Of a DNA stretch of 64,000 bases, positions 51,906 to 62,402 are shown piece after piece. Below the pieces are notes generated by a model. The model ran no database searches, was not told the DNA's origin, and was given only the letters and a program-made list of their open reading frames with translations. Position 1 is the stretch's first letter, and every line of letters begins with the position of its first letter. Location of the stretch: contig JAISXW010000020.1 in the NCBI GenBank assembly GCA_031270325.1, forward strand, positions 22,581 through 86,580, read 5' to 3'. Source of the stretch: Streptococcaceae bacterium. Its GTDB lineage: Bacteria; Bacillota; Bacilli; Lactobacillales; Streptococcaceae. Both the position numbers and the translations under genes were made by a program.

Positions 51906-52424
51906 TTAGTCGATTTCGCACAGCAACTTTTTAAGTTCAAGCAATTGGTCATCTGCCCAAGACGTTCGGGGTTTCTGATACGCCAGTTGCTTGGTATGCT
52001 GTGTCAAGGCTTGTTTCCTGAGATTCACACGTTCCTCGAGTTCACGTGCTGGGACTCGCATCGCACCCTGTGAAAAAACCACCCACTGCTCTGCCAAATC
52101 ACTCGTGGCGACATAAACTGTTGTCAACGCATTCTTGCACTTGCCGGCAAGTTTCTCAATATAACTGTCAGCTGTCTCGTCTTCTTTGGTAAAGACGACC
52201 AACACTTTATCCAGTGTGAATTTATGCGTGACACCCGGCACAAACTGTGCATCAAAGACACAAATCACTTCAACACCCTCAAAACTGGCGTATTCCGACA
52301 GCTTTTTAAGCAAAATATCGCGCGCTTCTGCCAATTGATTCGTTTGAAAAAAATGGTGTGTCTCTTCCCAAGCCCCAATCATGTTGTACCCATCAACAAT
52401 TAAAAGTTGTTTTTTCATCGTCAT
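51906..52424 (-). CDS. NYN-domain RNase (YacP/Rae1-like)
   Basis: LIVDGYNMIG, VFDA, ETADSYIE, VATSD. Confidence 0.92.
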   Translation of the reverse strand: MTMKKQLLIVDGYNMIGAWEETHHFFQTNQLAEARDILLKKLSEYASFEGVEVICVFDAQFVPGVTHKFTLDKVLVVFTKEDETADSYIEKLAGKCKNALTTVYVATSDLAEQWVVFSQGAMRVPARELEERVNLRKQALTQHTKQLAYQKPRTSWADDQLLELKKLLCEID

Positions 52425-52443
52425 TTCCCCCTCTTAGCTTTGT

Positions 52444-53217
52444 TTACCCACTATTCCTAGCCCATTCATACATCAAAATGCCCGCCGCAACGCCCGCATT
52501 CAAACTTTGAACATGCCCCCTCATCGGAATCGTAATCATCTCGTCAACCTGCTTTTTGATATTAGGTGTGATCCCTGCCCCCTCAGCACCAATAATCAAG
52601 GCCAGTTTCCCTTGCGTTTGCCACTTGTCATGCGGCGTCCCATTCAGATCAGTCCCAAAAATCCAAAAGCCTGACGCTTTCAGTTTGTCTAAGGTTTGGG
52701 ATAAGTTGGTCACTCTTGCAATCGGAATATGGTTAACAGCGCCAGTAGCTGTCTTGACAACAACTGGTGTGACCCCAACCGACCGATGTTTGGGAATAAT
52801 CACCCCCGAAACACCTGTCGCATCAGCCGTCCTCAGAATACTCCCCAAGTTGTGCGGATCCGTCAAACCATCAATAATGATCACAAGTGGATTGTCGACC
52901 TTTTCTGTCAAAGCCAGTAAATCAGATAAGTCGTGGTAGGCATAGGCGCTCGTCTTTAAGACAAAGCCCTGATGGACACCGCCATCTGCCATCTCCTTCA
53001 ACTTTTCTTTGCTGACAAAGGAGAGACCAACTTTCTTATCGCTAGCCAACTTTTTGAGCAGCTCAACGTTTTTTCCCCGCAAATCGTCTTGAATGTAGAG
53101 CTTATTGCCCAAGTTTTCCTTAAGCGAATCCACGACCGCATGGACACCATAAACCGTATCATTGTGCGTGTCTTGCTGACTTGCTTGCGCCTTAACCTTT
53201 TCCTGATTTTTTTTCAT
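52444..53217 (-). CDS. rlmB: 23S rRNA (Gm2251) methyltransferase RlmB
   Basis: HQGFV, DPHNLGSILRTA, GAEGAG, SLNAGVA; real start ATG 53217 rather than 53526. Confidence 0.93.
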   Translation of the reverse strand: MKKNQEKVKAQASQQDTHNDTVYGVHAVVDSLKENLGNKLYIQDDLRGKNVELLKKLASDKKVGLSFVSKEKLKEMADGGVHQGFVLKTSAYAYHDLSDLLALTEKVDNPLVIIIDGLTDPHNLGSILRTADATGVSGVIIPKHRSVGVTPVVVKTATGAVNHIPIARVTNLSQTLDKLKASGFWIFGTDLNGTPHDKWQTQGKLALIIGAEGAGITPNIKKQVDEMITIPMRGHVQSLNAGVAAGILMYEWARNSG

Positions 53218-53503
53218 AGTCTTATTATACCCCATTCCACCTTTAAATGTAAATGGCGCCCGAACGCTACTATTATAATCGATGTCAACACACCGCTCAA
53301 ACTCAGGGGCACGCACGAAAAACAAAGCTGGAGAAACTCGTCCCGACACAGCTTGTGAGCGCCCCCTAGAACCTTTTGGCAAGCACATCAGCTGCCCTTG
53401 GCAAAATGACTTGTCCTTCCGATTAAAAGGACAAGTCCTTTTGGGGCAACTAAAAAAACGCCGAGACGTTTTCTTATCGCTTGCCTTGTGATCGCCGCTT
53501 CGA

Positions 53504-55894
53504 TCACATGAAGTTTTGAGGTTCACTGTCGATGATCAAGCGTAAATCTTTATTTTCAGGTGCTTGTGTCAGGGCTAAGACATCATTTAGCGCTGCGCTA
53601 AGCTGGTCTTCAAAGCGATATTTTATCAGCAGTTGATAGTGGTAACGATTGTGCGTACGGGCAATCGGTTTAGGGATTGGGCCTAAAATCCGAGCCTGTG
53701 CCGTCAACTTCGCTTTTAACAGTGCCATGACTTCATAGGATTTTTTTAGCGCCAACTCCTCATTTTGATGAGACATGACCAGTTGAACGGTATAAAAGTA
53801 CGGCGGATAATTGAGCTTGCGCCGAAAGGCCATTTCGAGTTTATAAAAGCTTTCATAATCATGCGTCTGAGCTAGTTTGATCGCATAATGTTCTGGATTG
53901 AAGGTTTGAATCAACACTTCGCCACTTTTATCAGCACGACCCGCCCGACCGGCGACCTGCGTCAACAGTTGAAAAGTCCTCTCAGACGACCGAAAATCAG
54001 GCAAGTTCAGTGCCGTATCGGCATTGATCACACCAACTAATGTGACATTAGGAAAATCAAGCCCCTTGGCAATCATCTGCGTCCCCAAAAGAATATCCGC
54101 CTGTCCCTGACCAAAGCGTGATAAGATCCGTTCATGCGCCCCTTTCTTCTTGGTCGTATCGACATCCATCCGCAAGACCCGAGCTTCTGGTAGTAAGGTT
54201 GCCAATTCTTCCTCGACCTTTTGCGTGCCGCTACCATAGTAACGAATCCGCTGACTCTGACAGTTGGGGCAAACATAGGGAATCGCTTCGCTATGCCCAC
54301 AGTAATGACAGTTCAAACTTTTGGTATCCATGTGTAAGGTCAAGGAAATATCACAGTTTGGACACTCGGGTACAAAACCACAATCCCGACACATGACAAA
54401 GGATGAATAGCCACGGCGGTTTAACATCAGCACGACTTGTTCTTGTTTGGCTATTTTCTCTGAAATCTTATCCAATAAGGCGGTTGAAAATGTCGCCGAC
54501 TGATCGTTCAAATGCTTACGCATATCCAAGATCCTCACTTCAGGAATCTCCGCTTGTGCATTGGCACGTTGGGTCAAACGAAGGAGCTGGTAGACATTTT
54601 TCTGCGCTCGCGCCCGCGTCTCGAGACTAGGTGTCGCCGAACCCAAGACCAGAGCCGCACGATGATACTTAGCACGCCAAATCGCAACATCTCGTGCATG
54701 ATACCTTGGATTGCTGTCTTGTTTGTAACTTGTTTCATGTTCTTCATCGATAATAATTGCACCAATATTCTGAAGTGGCACAAAGATTGCCGATCTTGCG
54801 CCGACAACAACTTTAGCATGCCCTGCTGCAATCTTGCGCCATTCATCATATTTCTCACCGTCCGATAAGCCCGAATGCATGATTGCGACCTGCTCACCAA
54901 AGCGGGCAATAAAACGGTGCGTCATCAGCGGCGTCAATGAAATCTCTGGTACCAACATAATCGCCGTCTTGCCTTGAGCGATCACCTCGGCAATGACTTG
55001 CAGGTAAACCTCCGTCTTACCAGAACCTGTCACGCCCTCTAAAAGAAAAGGCTTGTCCGCCGAACCAATAATGGCTTGATAAGCTGCGGCTTGTTCCGCA
55101 TTTAAAACCTTTTGCACATCCGATTTGACCTGATCAAAATAGTCTTGTGAGCGAGAAACTTCGATTTCTGACAAGGTCAAAATCCCTTGTGCTAGGAAAA
55201 ATTGAACCACATCACGTGAAAAAAGATGAACCAACTCCCGATAAGTCCAAGTATGCCCCTCGTCTTGCTTTTGCAAAAAAGCTTGCATGGCCAAACGCTT
55301 TTTAGCACGAGTCGAGATGACCACTGTCGCCAAGCTCGCTTGATTCGATAAGGTCAGACGCTTCTCAGTCTTGATTGTTGCTTTTGATTGGGCAACATAC
55401 TGCACACTGATCTTGCCCTCACGGTGCAACTTCATCATGACGGCTTGTTCGTTTTCATCCAAACTAGAAAAATGCCGCTCATACTGACCACCAAAATAAG
55501 CTGCAGCTATCGCCTCATCCCTTGTACGCAATAACTTGTCATAAGATGAATTGAGCAAGTTGGGCAACATCGCTTTTAAGATTGAAATCTTGTAGGCAAA
55601 AACAGTTTCACGCATGGCATCAGCTAGCGCCAGTTGTTCTTGAGTGAGAACAGGATCAAAATCCAACACTTCTGCGATAGCTTTCAGCGCTTTGCCAGAG
55701 TTCATCGGCTCATCTTTGGCAGAAAGACCGACAATCACCCCTTGCATCAGTCGATTGCCACGACCAAACGGCACATGAACACGCATCCCAATCTGAATCA
55801 AAGCTGCTAACTCTTGGGGGATGCGATAAGAAAACGGCTTATCTGTTTGCATCGTTGGGACATCAACAATGACTTTCGCAATTTTATAAGACAC
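53504..55894 (-). CDS. priA: Primosomal protein N' (PriA)
   Basis: GVTGSGKT, DEEH, SATPS, four CxxC; GTG 55894 after AAGGAG. Confidence 0.97.
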   Translation of the reverse strand: MSYKIAKVIVDVPTMQTDKPFSYRIPQELAALIQIGMRVHVPFGRGNRLMQGVIVGLSAKDEPMNSGKALKAIAEVLDFDPVLTQEQLALADAMRETVFAYKISILKAMLPNLLNSSYDKLLRTRDEAIAAAYFGGQYERHFSSLDENEQAVMMKLHREGKISVQYVAQSKATIKTEKRLTLSNQASLATVVISTRAKKRLAMQAFLQKQDEGHTWTYRELVHLFSRDVVQFFLAQGILTLSEIEVSRSQDYFDQVKSDVQKVLNAEQAAAYQAIIGSADKPFLLEGVTGSGKTEVYLQVIAEVIAQGKTAIMLVPEISLTPLMTHRFIARFGEQVAIMHSGLSDGEKYDEWRKIAAGHAKVVVGARSAIFVPLQNIGAIIIDEEHETSYKQDSNPRYHARDVAIWRAKYHRAALVLGSATPSLETRARAQKNVYQLLRLTQRANAQAEIPEVRILDMRKHLNDQSATFSTALLDKISEKIAKQEQVVLMLNRRGYSSFVMCRDCGFVPECPNCDISLTLHMDTKSLNCHYCGHSEAIPYVCPNCQSQRIRYYGSGTQKVEEELATLLPEARVLRMDVDTTKKKGAHERILSRFGQGQADILLGTQMIAKGLDFPNVTLVGVINADTALNLPDFRSSERTFQLLTQVAGRAGRADKSGEVLIQTFNPEHYAIKLAQTHDYESFYKLEMAFRRKLNYPPYFYTVQLVMSHQNEELALKKSYEVMALLKAKLTAQARILGPIPKPIARTHNRYHYQLLIKYRFEDQLSAALNDVLALTQAPENKDLRLIIDSEPQNFM

Positions 55895-55985
55895 AGCAAC
55901 TCCTTTACTGTTCGAGGTGCAGCCTTGCAAACGACTAATCCGTCACAAGACCTTAAAACAAAAAACTGCTTGAGCAGTTTTTATT

Positions 55986-56402
55986 TTACTCGGCTTCTGC
56001 CTCTACTTCTACGTCAACCGGTGCTTCTGTCACTTCTGTCGCTTCTGCTACGACTTTTGGCGTTTCTGCTCCTGCCTTTTCTTTGCGCTGTTTGGCCTCT
56101 TCTTCGGCCTGCTCTTTGGCGATTTGCTCTTTGATCCGACGTTCTTCATCAATCTTACGCAAGCGTTCGAGTTCACGTTTTTCTTTAAGTGCAGCCCGTT
56201 TAACATCTGGCGCTGGATGAATGGTCACATTGCCATCTGCCAATTCTTCTAGGGCTTGCAAGGTCGGCTTAACAGACGAGAACTTTTGTGTAGCAGGCTC
56301 GCCATCACGCAATTCATTCGCACGCTTAGCTTCCAAGACAACTAAAGAATATTTTGAATCAACTTTATCTAGTAATACATCAATTGACGGTTTCAACATC
56401 AT
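55986..56402 (-). CDS. rpoZ: RNA polymerase omega subunit
   Basis: [24 protein letters not shown]; gmk-rpoZ-priA synteny. Confidence 0.95.
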   Translation of the reverse strand: MMLKPSIDVLLDKVDSKYSLVVLEAKRANELRDGEPATQKFSSVKPTLQALEELADGNVTIHPAPDVKRAALKEKRELERLRKIDEERRIKEQIAKEQAEEEAKQRKEKAGAETPKVVAEATEVTEAPVDVEVEAEAE

Positions 56403-56458
56403 AATTTTATAACCTCTTACGCTATTCTATTCACTTTTAACTTTTCCAAACGACACAT

Positions 56459-57112
<654 letters not shown>

Positions 57113-57449
57113 TCACGCAAAAGCCTCAAATCTTTTTCGTGAGTTGATTCGTTATTTGTCCATTCTAACACATTTTTTCTAGTTTGAAAAGTACGCCATG
57201 AGGGCAATACACGACAAACGCATGAAGTAATCGCATAACATGATAGCAATAGCTTTAAAATCTAGTCAAGCACTAGCCTGATCGCATTGGTCCCGTTCAG
57301 ATGTTTGTCTCAAAACGGCGTGGTGACACGTTTTCAAAGCGCCGCTTTTCCGTAAGTCGCTAAAGCGGCAACTTCAAAGCCATAGCAAACTAGATGAAAT
57401 TTCCGCACGAGCTGCGCTCGCTTTAGGCTCATTTTAAACAAGCTCAAGC

Positions 57450-57742
57450 TGTGATTAAAGCCGCCTAACCTTGTTCGGAACAGGGTCATACTATGATTAA
57501 AGCCCCTCATTCTAGTGAAAAGCTAGGGCAGCCTAGCTTTTTACTAGGTCGTTTTCACTTTTTGCTAGGATAGCCTAGTTATTTTCTAGGATGGTCTAGC
57601 TTTTTACTAGGATAACCTAGTTATTTTCTAGGATGTCCTAGCTTTTTTCTAGGATAGCCTAGTTATTTGCTAGGATGATCTCACTTTTTGCTAGGTTGTC
57701 CTAGCTTTTTACATGAACACCCTTGTTCTGAACTGGGTCAAT
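57450..57742. repeat. Degenerate 21-bp array with nine CTAGGnnnnCCTAG-type core units
   Basis: CTAGG at 57523 and every 21 nt to 57691; flanking motifs are in the same register. Confidence 0.88.
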
Positions 57743-57999
57743 CCTGTCATCAACTGGTGCTGACTTCATCTGATAAGCCACACTTTCCCGCGAACTCAAA
57801 AACCACTCTCGAGTTTGAGAGTAGTTGCTTATCAAGTGAGCAATCATGGTCTGGATAGACCAACTTTGACAACAAAACAACCGATTACCGATTGTCTAAG
57901 GGTAGTGGCACAACTTGCTCAGCTGATTTCCTGTGAATTTCGGATCCTTGTCTCGCCAACAATGCCAAATAGCTAGGCCACTCTCAACTCCAAACACGC

Positions 58000-59004
58000 C
58001 TAGAAATACTCACGCAGAATTGCGCCTTGCAGAACTTCTTTGGTCAACTCGGCGATGGACATGGTAACCGCTTCGCCCTCTCCAAATGTCAGATTGTTGG
58101 CTGGCAGCACCTCATCAACCACCGTGATGCGTTTATCTAGGTGGATTGGAAATCTTTTCAGGAACTCCGATACATTGACAAGTCGTGCCATCATATACGG
58201 CAGCAAAGTCACGTTAGCTCGGCTGGGTTCCAGCATATCGCGTTCTAGTCCTGTATTATCAGGTGCAGTATAAAGAAATCGCTCAAAAGCACCGCCATGA
58301 CTGGCAATAAAGCGATATAGCGCCTGTTTTGCCACTTCATCCAAGACCAGCAGTTCATAGATGATAAAGTCCATGCCCACAAAATCATAAATGACATAGC
58401 CTTTTGCTACTTCGCCATCATAGACAAGGGCAAACTGCGGTTGTTTTTTGAGGGTAAAGTAATAGGTCCACTCAAACGTCCCACGAACCAGACTACCGTG
58501 ATTATCAGCTTGCTGATGAACACGCGCTAAATCCGCTTGCGCTATATCAAAAGGCAAGCGCCGAACGGTCAAATCGGTTTTCTGCCCACGTGGAAAGTCT
58601 GCAGCCTCAATCTCATAACGCTTTTGATTGAAGACATAGTCATAACCAAATTGCCGATAAAACTGATAGGAAAAGGGCGCTAAATAAGAAAAGATCGTCC
58701 CCTTAGCATAGTTTTCCTGCAAGATTTCCGTCAGCAGCCGACTGGCAGCCCCATTCCCCCGATATTCCGGATAACTGGCGACATAGCCAATGCCTGACAT
58801 GGCAACAGCCTGTCCAGAAAAATTGACCTGAAAATGCGTATCGACCACTAGACTGGTCAGCTGATCATTGTCATGATGCGCATGAACGCTAGATTGCCTT
58901 AATAATTGATAAAATGCTTCAGCACCGCCTGTGGGCGTTTTGTGAAAAGCGTATGTCACAAGCGCTAAATAAGCTGCTGCATCCTTTTGATTGACTTGAC
59001 TCAT
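58000..59004 (-). CDS. GNAT acetyltransferase, Eis-like
   Basis: GIGYVASYPEYRGNG, YLAPFSYQFYRQFGY, PYMMARLV. Confidence 0.9.
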   Translation of the reverse strand: MSQVNQKDAAAYLALVTYAFHKTPTGGAEAFYQLLRQSSVHAHHDNDQLTSLVVDTHFQVNFSGQAVAMSGIGYVASYPEYRGNGAASRLLTEILQENYAKGTIFSYLAPFSYQFYRQFGYDYVFNQKRYEIEAADFPRGQKTDLTVRRLPFDIAQADLARVHQQADNHGSLVRGTFEWTYYFTLKKQPQFALVYDGEVAKGYVIYDFVGMDFIIYELLVLDEVAKQALYRFIASHGGAFERFLYTAPDNTGLERDMLEPSRANVTLLPYMMARLVNVSEFLKRFPIHLDKRITVVDEVLPANNLTFGEGEAVTMSIAELTKEVLQGAILREYF

Positions 59005-59034
59005 ACCTATCCTTTCATTAGCGATCTACCACGC

Positions 59035-59595
59035 CTATCTAAAGGTATCTACTGCCTCATAACGGGCACGCGGACCACCAATCAACTTGGGGCGGCTTTT
59101 GAGCGCTGTGACGTGTGCCCCACCGAGTTCACGCCGCACGGGTCGAATTGGAATTTGGACATGCTTGACATGCATCCCAATCGACGTATCGCCAATATCA
59201 AGACCCGCCTGAGCGGTAATCTGCTCGACTTCGACTGGGTCTTGAAACAACGCATAGGCTGCCACCTGACCACTACCACCCGCATGGAGCTGTGGCACGA
59301 CTGAAACAATCTCCAACCCTTTGTCCTCTGCTAAGTCACGCTCCACCAATAAGGCACGATTCAGATGTTCGCAGCCTTGCACTGCCAGATGAGCACCTAT
59401 CTCGGTTACTTTATCGTAAATCGTTTGCACGATGACTTGACCGATTTCTGCTGATGACTTGTGACCAATCACACCACCATTCACCTCACTCGATGACAGC
59501 CCCAAGACAAAAATCTGTCCTTTTTTAAGCTGTGCCTGCTCGACAACATCATCAATCACTTCTTGTGTCGCCTGTTGAAGTGCAACTAAATCCAT
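59035..59595 (-). CDS. TIGR01440 / YwlG (DUF436) family protein
   Basis: [38 protein letters not shown]. Confidence 0.92.
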   Translation of the reverse strand: MDLVALQQATQEVIDDVVEQAQLKKGQIFVLGLSSSEVNGGVIGHKSSAEIGQVIVQTIYDKVTEIGAHLAVQGCEHLNRALLVERDLAEDKGLEIVSVVPQLHAGGSGQVAAYALFQDPVEVEQITAQAGLDIGDTSIGMHVKHVQIPIRPVRRELGGAHVTALKSRPKLIGGPRARYEAVDTFR

Positions 59596-59670
59596 TCCTC
59601 TGTCCTCCATTTATAAAAAAATTATCCCACATTTCAGGATAAGATTCAACTTAGCTGCCAAGCCCACACA

Positions 59671-60132
59671 CTATTTCACCCTTGACAATGCGCTTTCCAG
59701 TGTCAAACCAACGACGACACCAAAGATGGATTGGATGATATTGCCTGGCATATCCGCAAGTGCTGCGCCAAAGCCGTAAAAGAGCCATGCGACGACAAAG
59801 TAGCCTAGCACCATAATCAGACAAGAAAGGGTCAGCCATGCTGTTCGAGCGGTTCGACCACCGGCAACAAAGCCCTGACCGCCATGAATAAGCAAGCTAA
59901 ACAGCGCCCAATGTGGATAGCCCGACAAGAGATCAAAGAGCAAGCCCGTCAGGCCACCTACAATTGCCCCCTCAGCACGACCAAAGCGCAAGGCAGTCAG
60001 AATCACACCAGCATCCAAGACAGTCACCACACCTTTGGTCAAAGGCATAGGGATTTTGAGAAAGAAAGAGATGGCAACCGTTAAGGCTGTGATAATCGCC
60101 AGTAAGGCTATTTTTTTAGTCGTGAACTTCAT
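59671..60132 (-). CDS. ECF transporter S component (pyridoxine/HMP type)
   Basis: Hydrophobic, TVLDAG, DLLSGYPHWALFSLLIHGGQG; adjacent to pdxK; start ATG 60132. Confidence 0.88.
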   Translation of the reverse strand: MKFTTKKIALLAIITALTVAISFFLKIPMPLTKGVVTVLDAGVILTALRFGRAEGAIVGGLTGLLFDLLSGYPHWALFSLLIHGGQGFVAGGRTARTAWLTLSCLIMVLGYFVVAWLFYGFGAALADMPGNIIQSIFGVVVGLTLESALSRVK

Positions 60133-60898
60133 GTTGATAAACTCCATATTCATCTGAATTGAGAATCGCCTGATAGACGAATGCTTTGCTTTTCTCGACG
60201 GCTGTGCCGACTGTTTGCTTGTAGGCGATATTGCTGGCGATACTCGAAGCAAAGGTACACCCTGCACCAGTATTGTTTCGTGCTAAGACGGGTTTGAGCA
60301 ACTCCTGAAAAACTTGCCCATCATAATACAAATCTCTAGCAAAATGTTTATCTAACCGATTACCACCTTTGATCACCGTGTGCCGACTGCCTTGATTGGA
60401 CAAGACCTCCGCCGCAGCTTTCATGTCTGATAGGGTAATAATCGTCAAGCCAGAAAGCATTTCAGCTTCCCTAAGATTCGGTGTAATCACCGTGACATAG
60501 GGCAAGAAAGCTAAGAGCTTGTCTGCCATCTTGGAGATTTCACCATCTTTATTTTCTTTAAAGACCAAAACCGGATCAAGAATAATCGGAATATCCTGAT
60601 GGCGCTGAATAAACTGTAAGGTCAAGTCAGCGATGGCTTCTGATGGCAATAGACCAATCTTAATCGCATCAAAAGGGACTTGTTCCAAGCTCTCAAGCTG
60701 ACGTTTAAAAAGTTCCGGTGCTATCGGGAAAATATCAAAGCCATGTCCCGTCTCAGCAGTCGTTACAATCGAGGTCACGGCAACAAAACCATGCAGGCCA
60801 TAGTGGGCATAGGTCGCTAAATCCGCCTGAAAACCACCACCAGATAAGACATCAGAGCCAGAGATCGCCAGAATTTTAGGTGTTGTGATCGTCGTCAT
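60116..60898 (-). CDS. pdxK: Pyridoxal/hydroxymethylpyrimidine kinase (ThiD-type PdxK)
   Basis: SGSDVLSGGG..ADL, IKIGLL, DPVLV, TPNLREA, GAGCTFAS. Confidence 0.85.
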   Translation of the reverse strand: MTTITTPKILAISGSDVLSGGGFQADLATYAHYGLHGFVAVTSIVTTAETGHGFDIFPIAPELFKRQLESLEQVPFDAIKIGLLPSEAIADLTLQFIQRHQDIPIILDPVLVFKENKDGEISKMADKLLAFLPYVTVITPNLREAEMLSGLTIITLSDMKAAAEVLSNQGSRHTVIKGGNRLDKHFARDLYYDGQVFQELLKPVLARNNTGAGCTFASSIASNIAYKQTVGTAVEKSKAFVYQAILNSDEYGVYQHEVHD

Positions 60899-61643
60899 AC
60901 CGTACCTCCATCAAACACAGGCCATGAGCTGCTGCCGTTGGTCCTGCTAAATCACGATTCTTAGCAGATAAAATTTCAGAAATTCGCTCTGCTGGCCACT
61001 TACCTGCACCAATCTTGATCAGCGTGCCGACCATATTTCTGACTTGTTTATAGAGAAAACCATTACCCGAAAAAATAAACAGGAGTTCATCCTGACCGAC
61101 ACGCACCACATCCGCCTGACTAATCGTCCGCACCTTATCCTCAACCGTCGCACCAGATGCTGTAAAACCTGTAAAGTCATGCGTCCCGACTAGCAATTGT
61201 GCTGCCGTTCTCATCTGATCGACCGCCGTTAGTTTCGGAAAATGATACCGATAACGGCACATCAAAGGGTTATTGGCGCGAGAGGTCGTCAGCCGATAGT
61301 GATAAGTTTTGCGATGCGGATTAAACCGCGCATGGAAGTCATCGGAGACTTGCACCACTTTTAAGACAGCTATCTCAGCGGACGTCTGGGTATCCAAAGC
61401 AAAGCGTAATTTTTCAGTATCACGCACTTGTGGCAAATCAAAATGAATCACTTGCCCTAAGGCATGAACACCACTATCTGTCCTGCCAGACCCATGAATC
61501 TTAACAGGCTGACCACTATTTAACTTGGTCAAAACAAGCTCAAGTGCCTCCTGAACCGTTCGCCCATTCCTTTGAATCTGAAACCCCGCAAAATCAGTGC
61601 CATCATATGCAATTGTAGCTTTATATCGTACCATGTTAAACAT
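60876..61643 (-). CDS. truA: tRNA pseudouridine(38-40) synthase
   Basis: YDGTDFAGFQ, GSGRTDSGVHA, FHAR, GFLYKQVRNMVG. Confidence 0.97.
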   Translation of the reverse strand: MFNMVRYKATIAYDGTDFAGFQIQRNGRTVQEALELVLTKLNSGQPVKIHGSGRTDSGVHALGQVIHFDLPQVRDTEKLRFALDTQTSAEIAVLKVVQVSDDFHARFNPHRKTYHYRLTTSRANNPLMCRYRYHFPKLTAVDQMRTAAQLLVGTHDFTGFTASGATVEDKVRTISQADVVRVGQDELLFIFSGNGFLYKQVRNMVGTLIKIGAGKWPAERISEILSAKNRDLAGPTAAAHGLCLMEVRYDDDHNT

Positions 61644-61749
61644 TATACCATTTAAATAACAAAATCACAGACCGACTTGTTTGCCATTTGGAGATTGAAC
61701 GCTTGGCAAAGACAGAACCTCTCAGCCTTTCAACCAACCGCCAAACAGG

Positions 61750-62300
61750 ACTTGAATAAGTGCAGGCATACACTTTGGTAAGTCATGGGCATCACTTCGG
61801 TCAGGGGTTGGGGTGGACGGTCAAGTCAATGCGTAGATTTCAGTAAGTCTTCGCATGGACTTGAGCAAACACCCGCATGCACTTTAACAAAGACAGGCAC
61901 ACCCACAAAAACACCCTGAGTGCAGCGAAGAGGCTTGTCTCAAAACAGCTGTGGCATCAAGACAAGTTGCGAGACCTTAGGCTCGCAGCTTAGCTGGAAA
62001 ATCGCAGCTTGGAAAGCGTGTCGCCACGTAGTTTTGAGACAAGCCTCGCAACGCAACGGGGCACCCTACACCAGTTTGAGACAAGCCTCGCAACGTAGCC
62101 AGTGAGTCACCACGCCAATTCGAGACCGAACTCATAAGACAAAAAAATCAGCCCTAGCCAGACTCGGAAAACCTCCATGGGGTTTTGAGCAAATCCCCAT
62201 GGGAGTTTGACTAAATCCTCATGGGAGTTTTTCCCAAACTCCCATGGTAAGTTGGGAAACTTCTCTGACGACTTGGCAAAAAGCTCAAGAGCTTTTGCCA
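61750..62300. repeat. Composite modular repeat: 108-bp TIR element (61935-62042) and four-unit CCATGG cassette (about 62108-62296)
   Basis: Same modules and order as part of 2975-3885. Confidence 0.88.
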
Positions 62301-62402
62301 GACCCCTAAGCTTGCCCACGACCGTGATTGCGTGAAAGTGATAGGCGGCTCGCCTGACAAAACAAAAAACAAACCGCACACTTGCACGGTTTGTCTTTCT
62401 TT

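Noticed and set aside
53372..53450. Weak 22-bp periodicity and a hairpin between priA and rlmB
   Set aside because: Only about four very degenerate units, not distinguishable from chance by eye. The long N-terminal extension of the rlmB ORF over this region was also rejected.
55986..56200. Charged C-terminal extension of RpoZ
   Set aside because: Extended omega subunits are usual in Streptococcaceae, and a somewhat longer acidic tail is not by itself informative.
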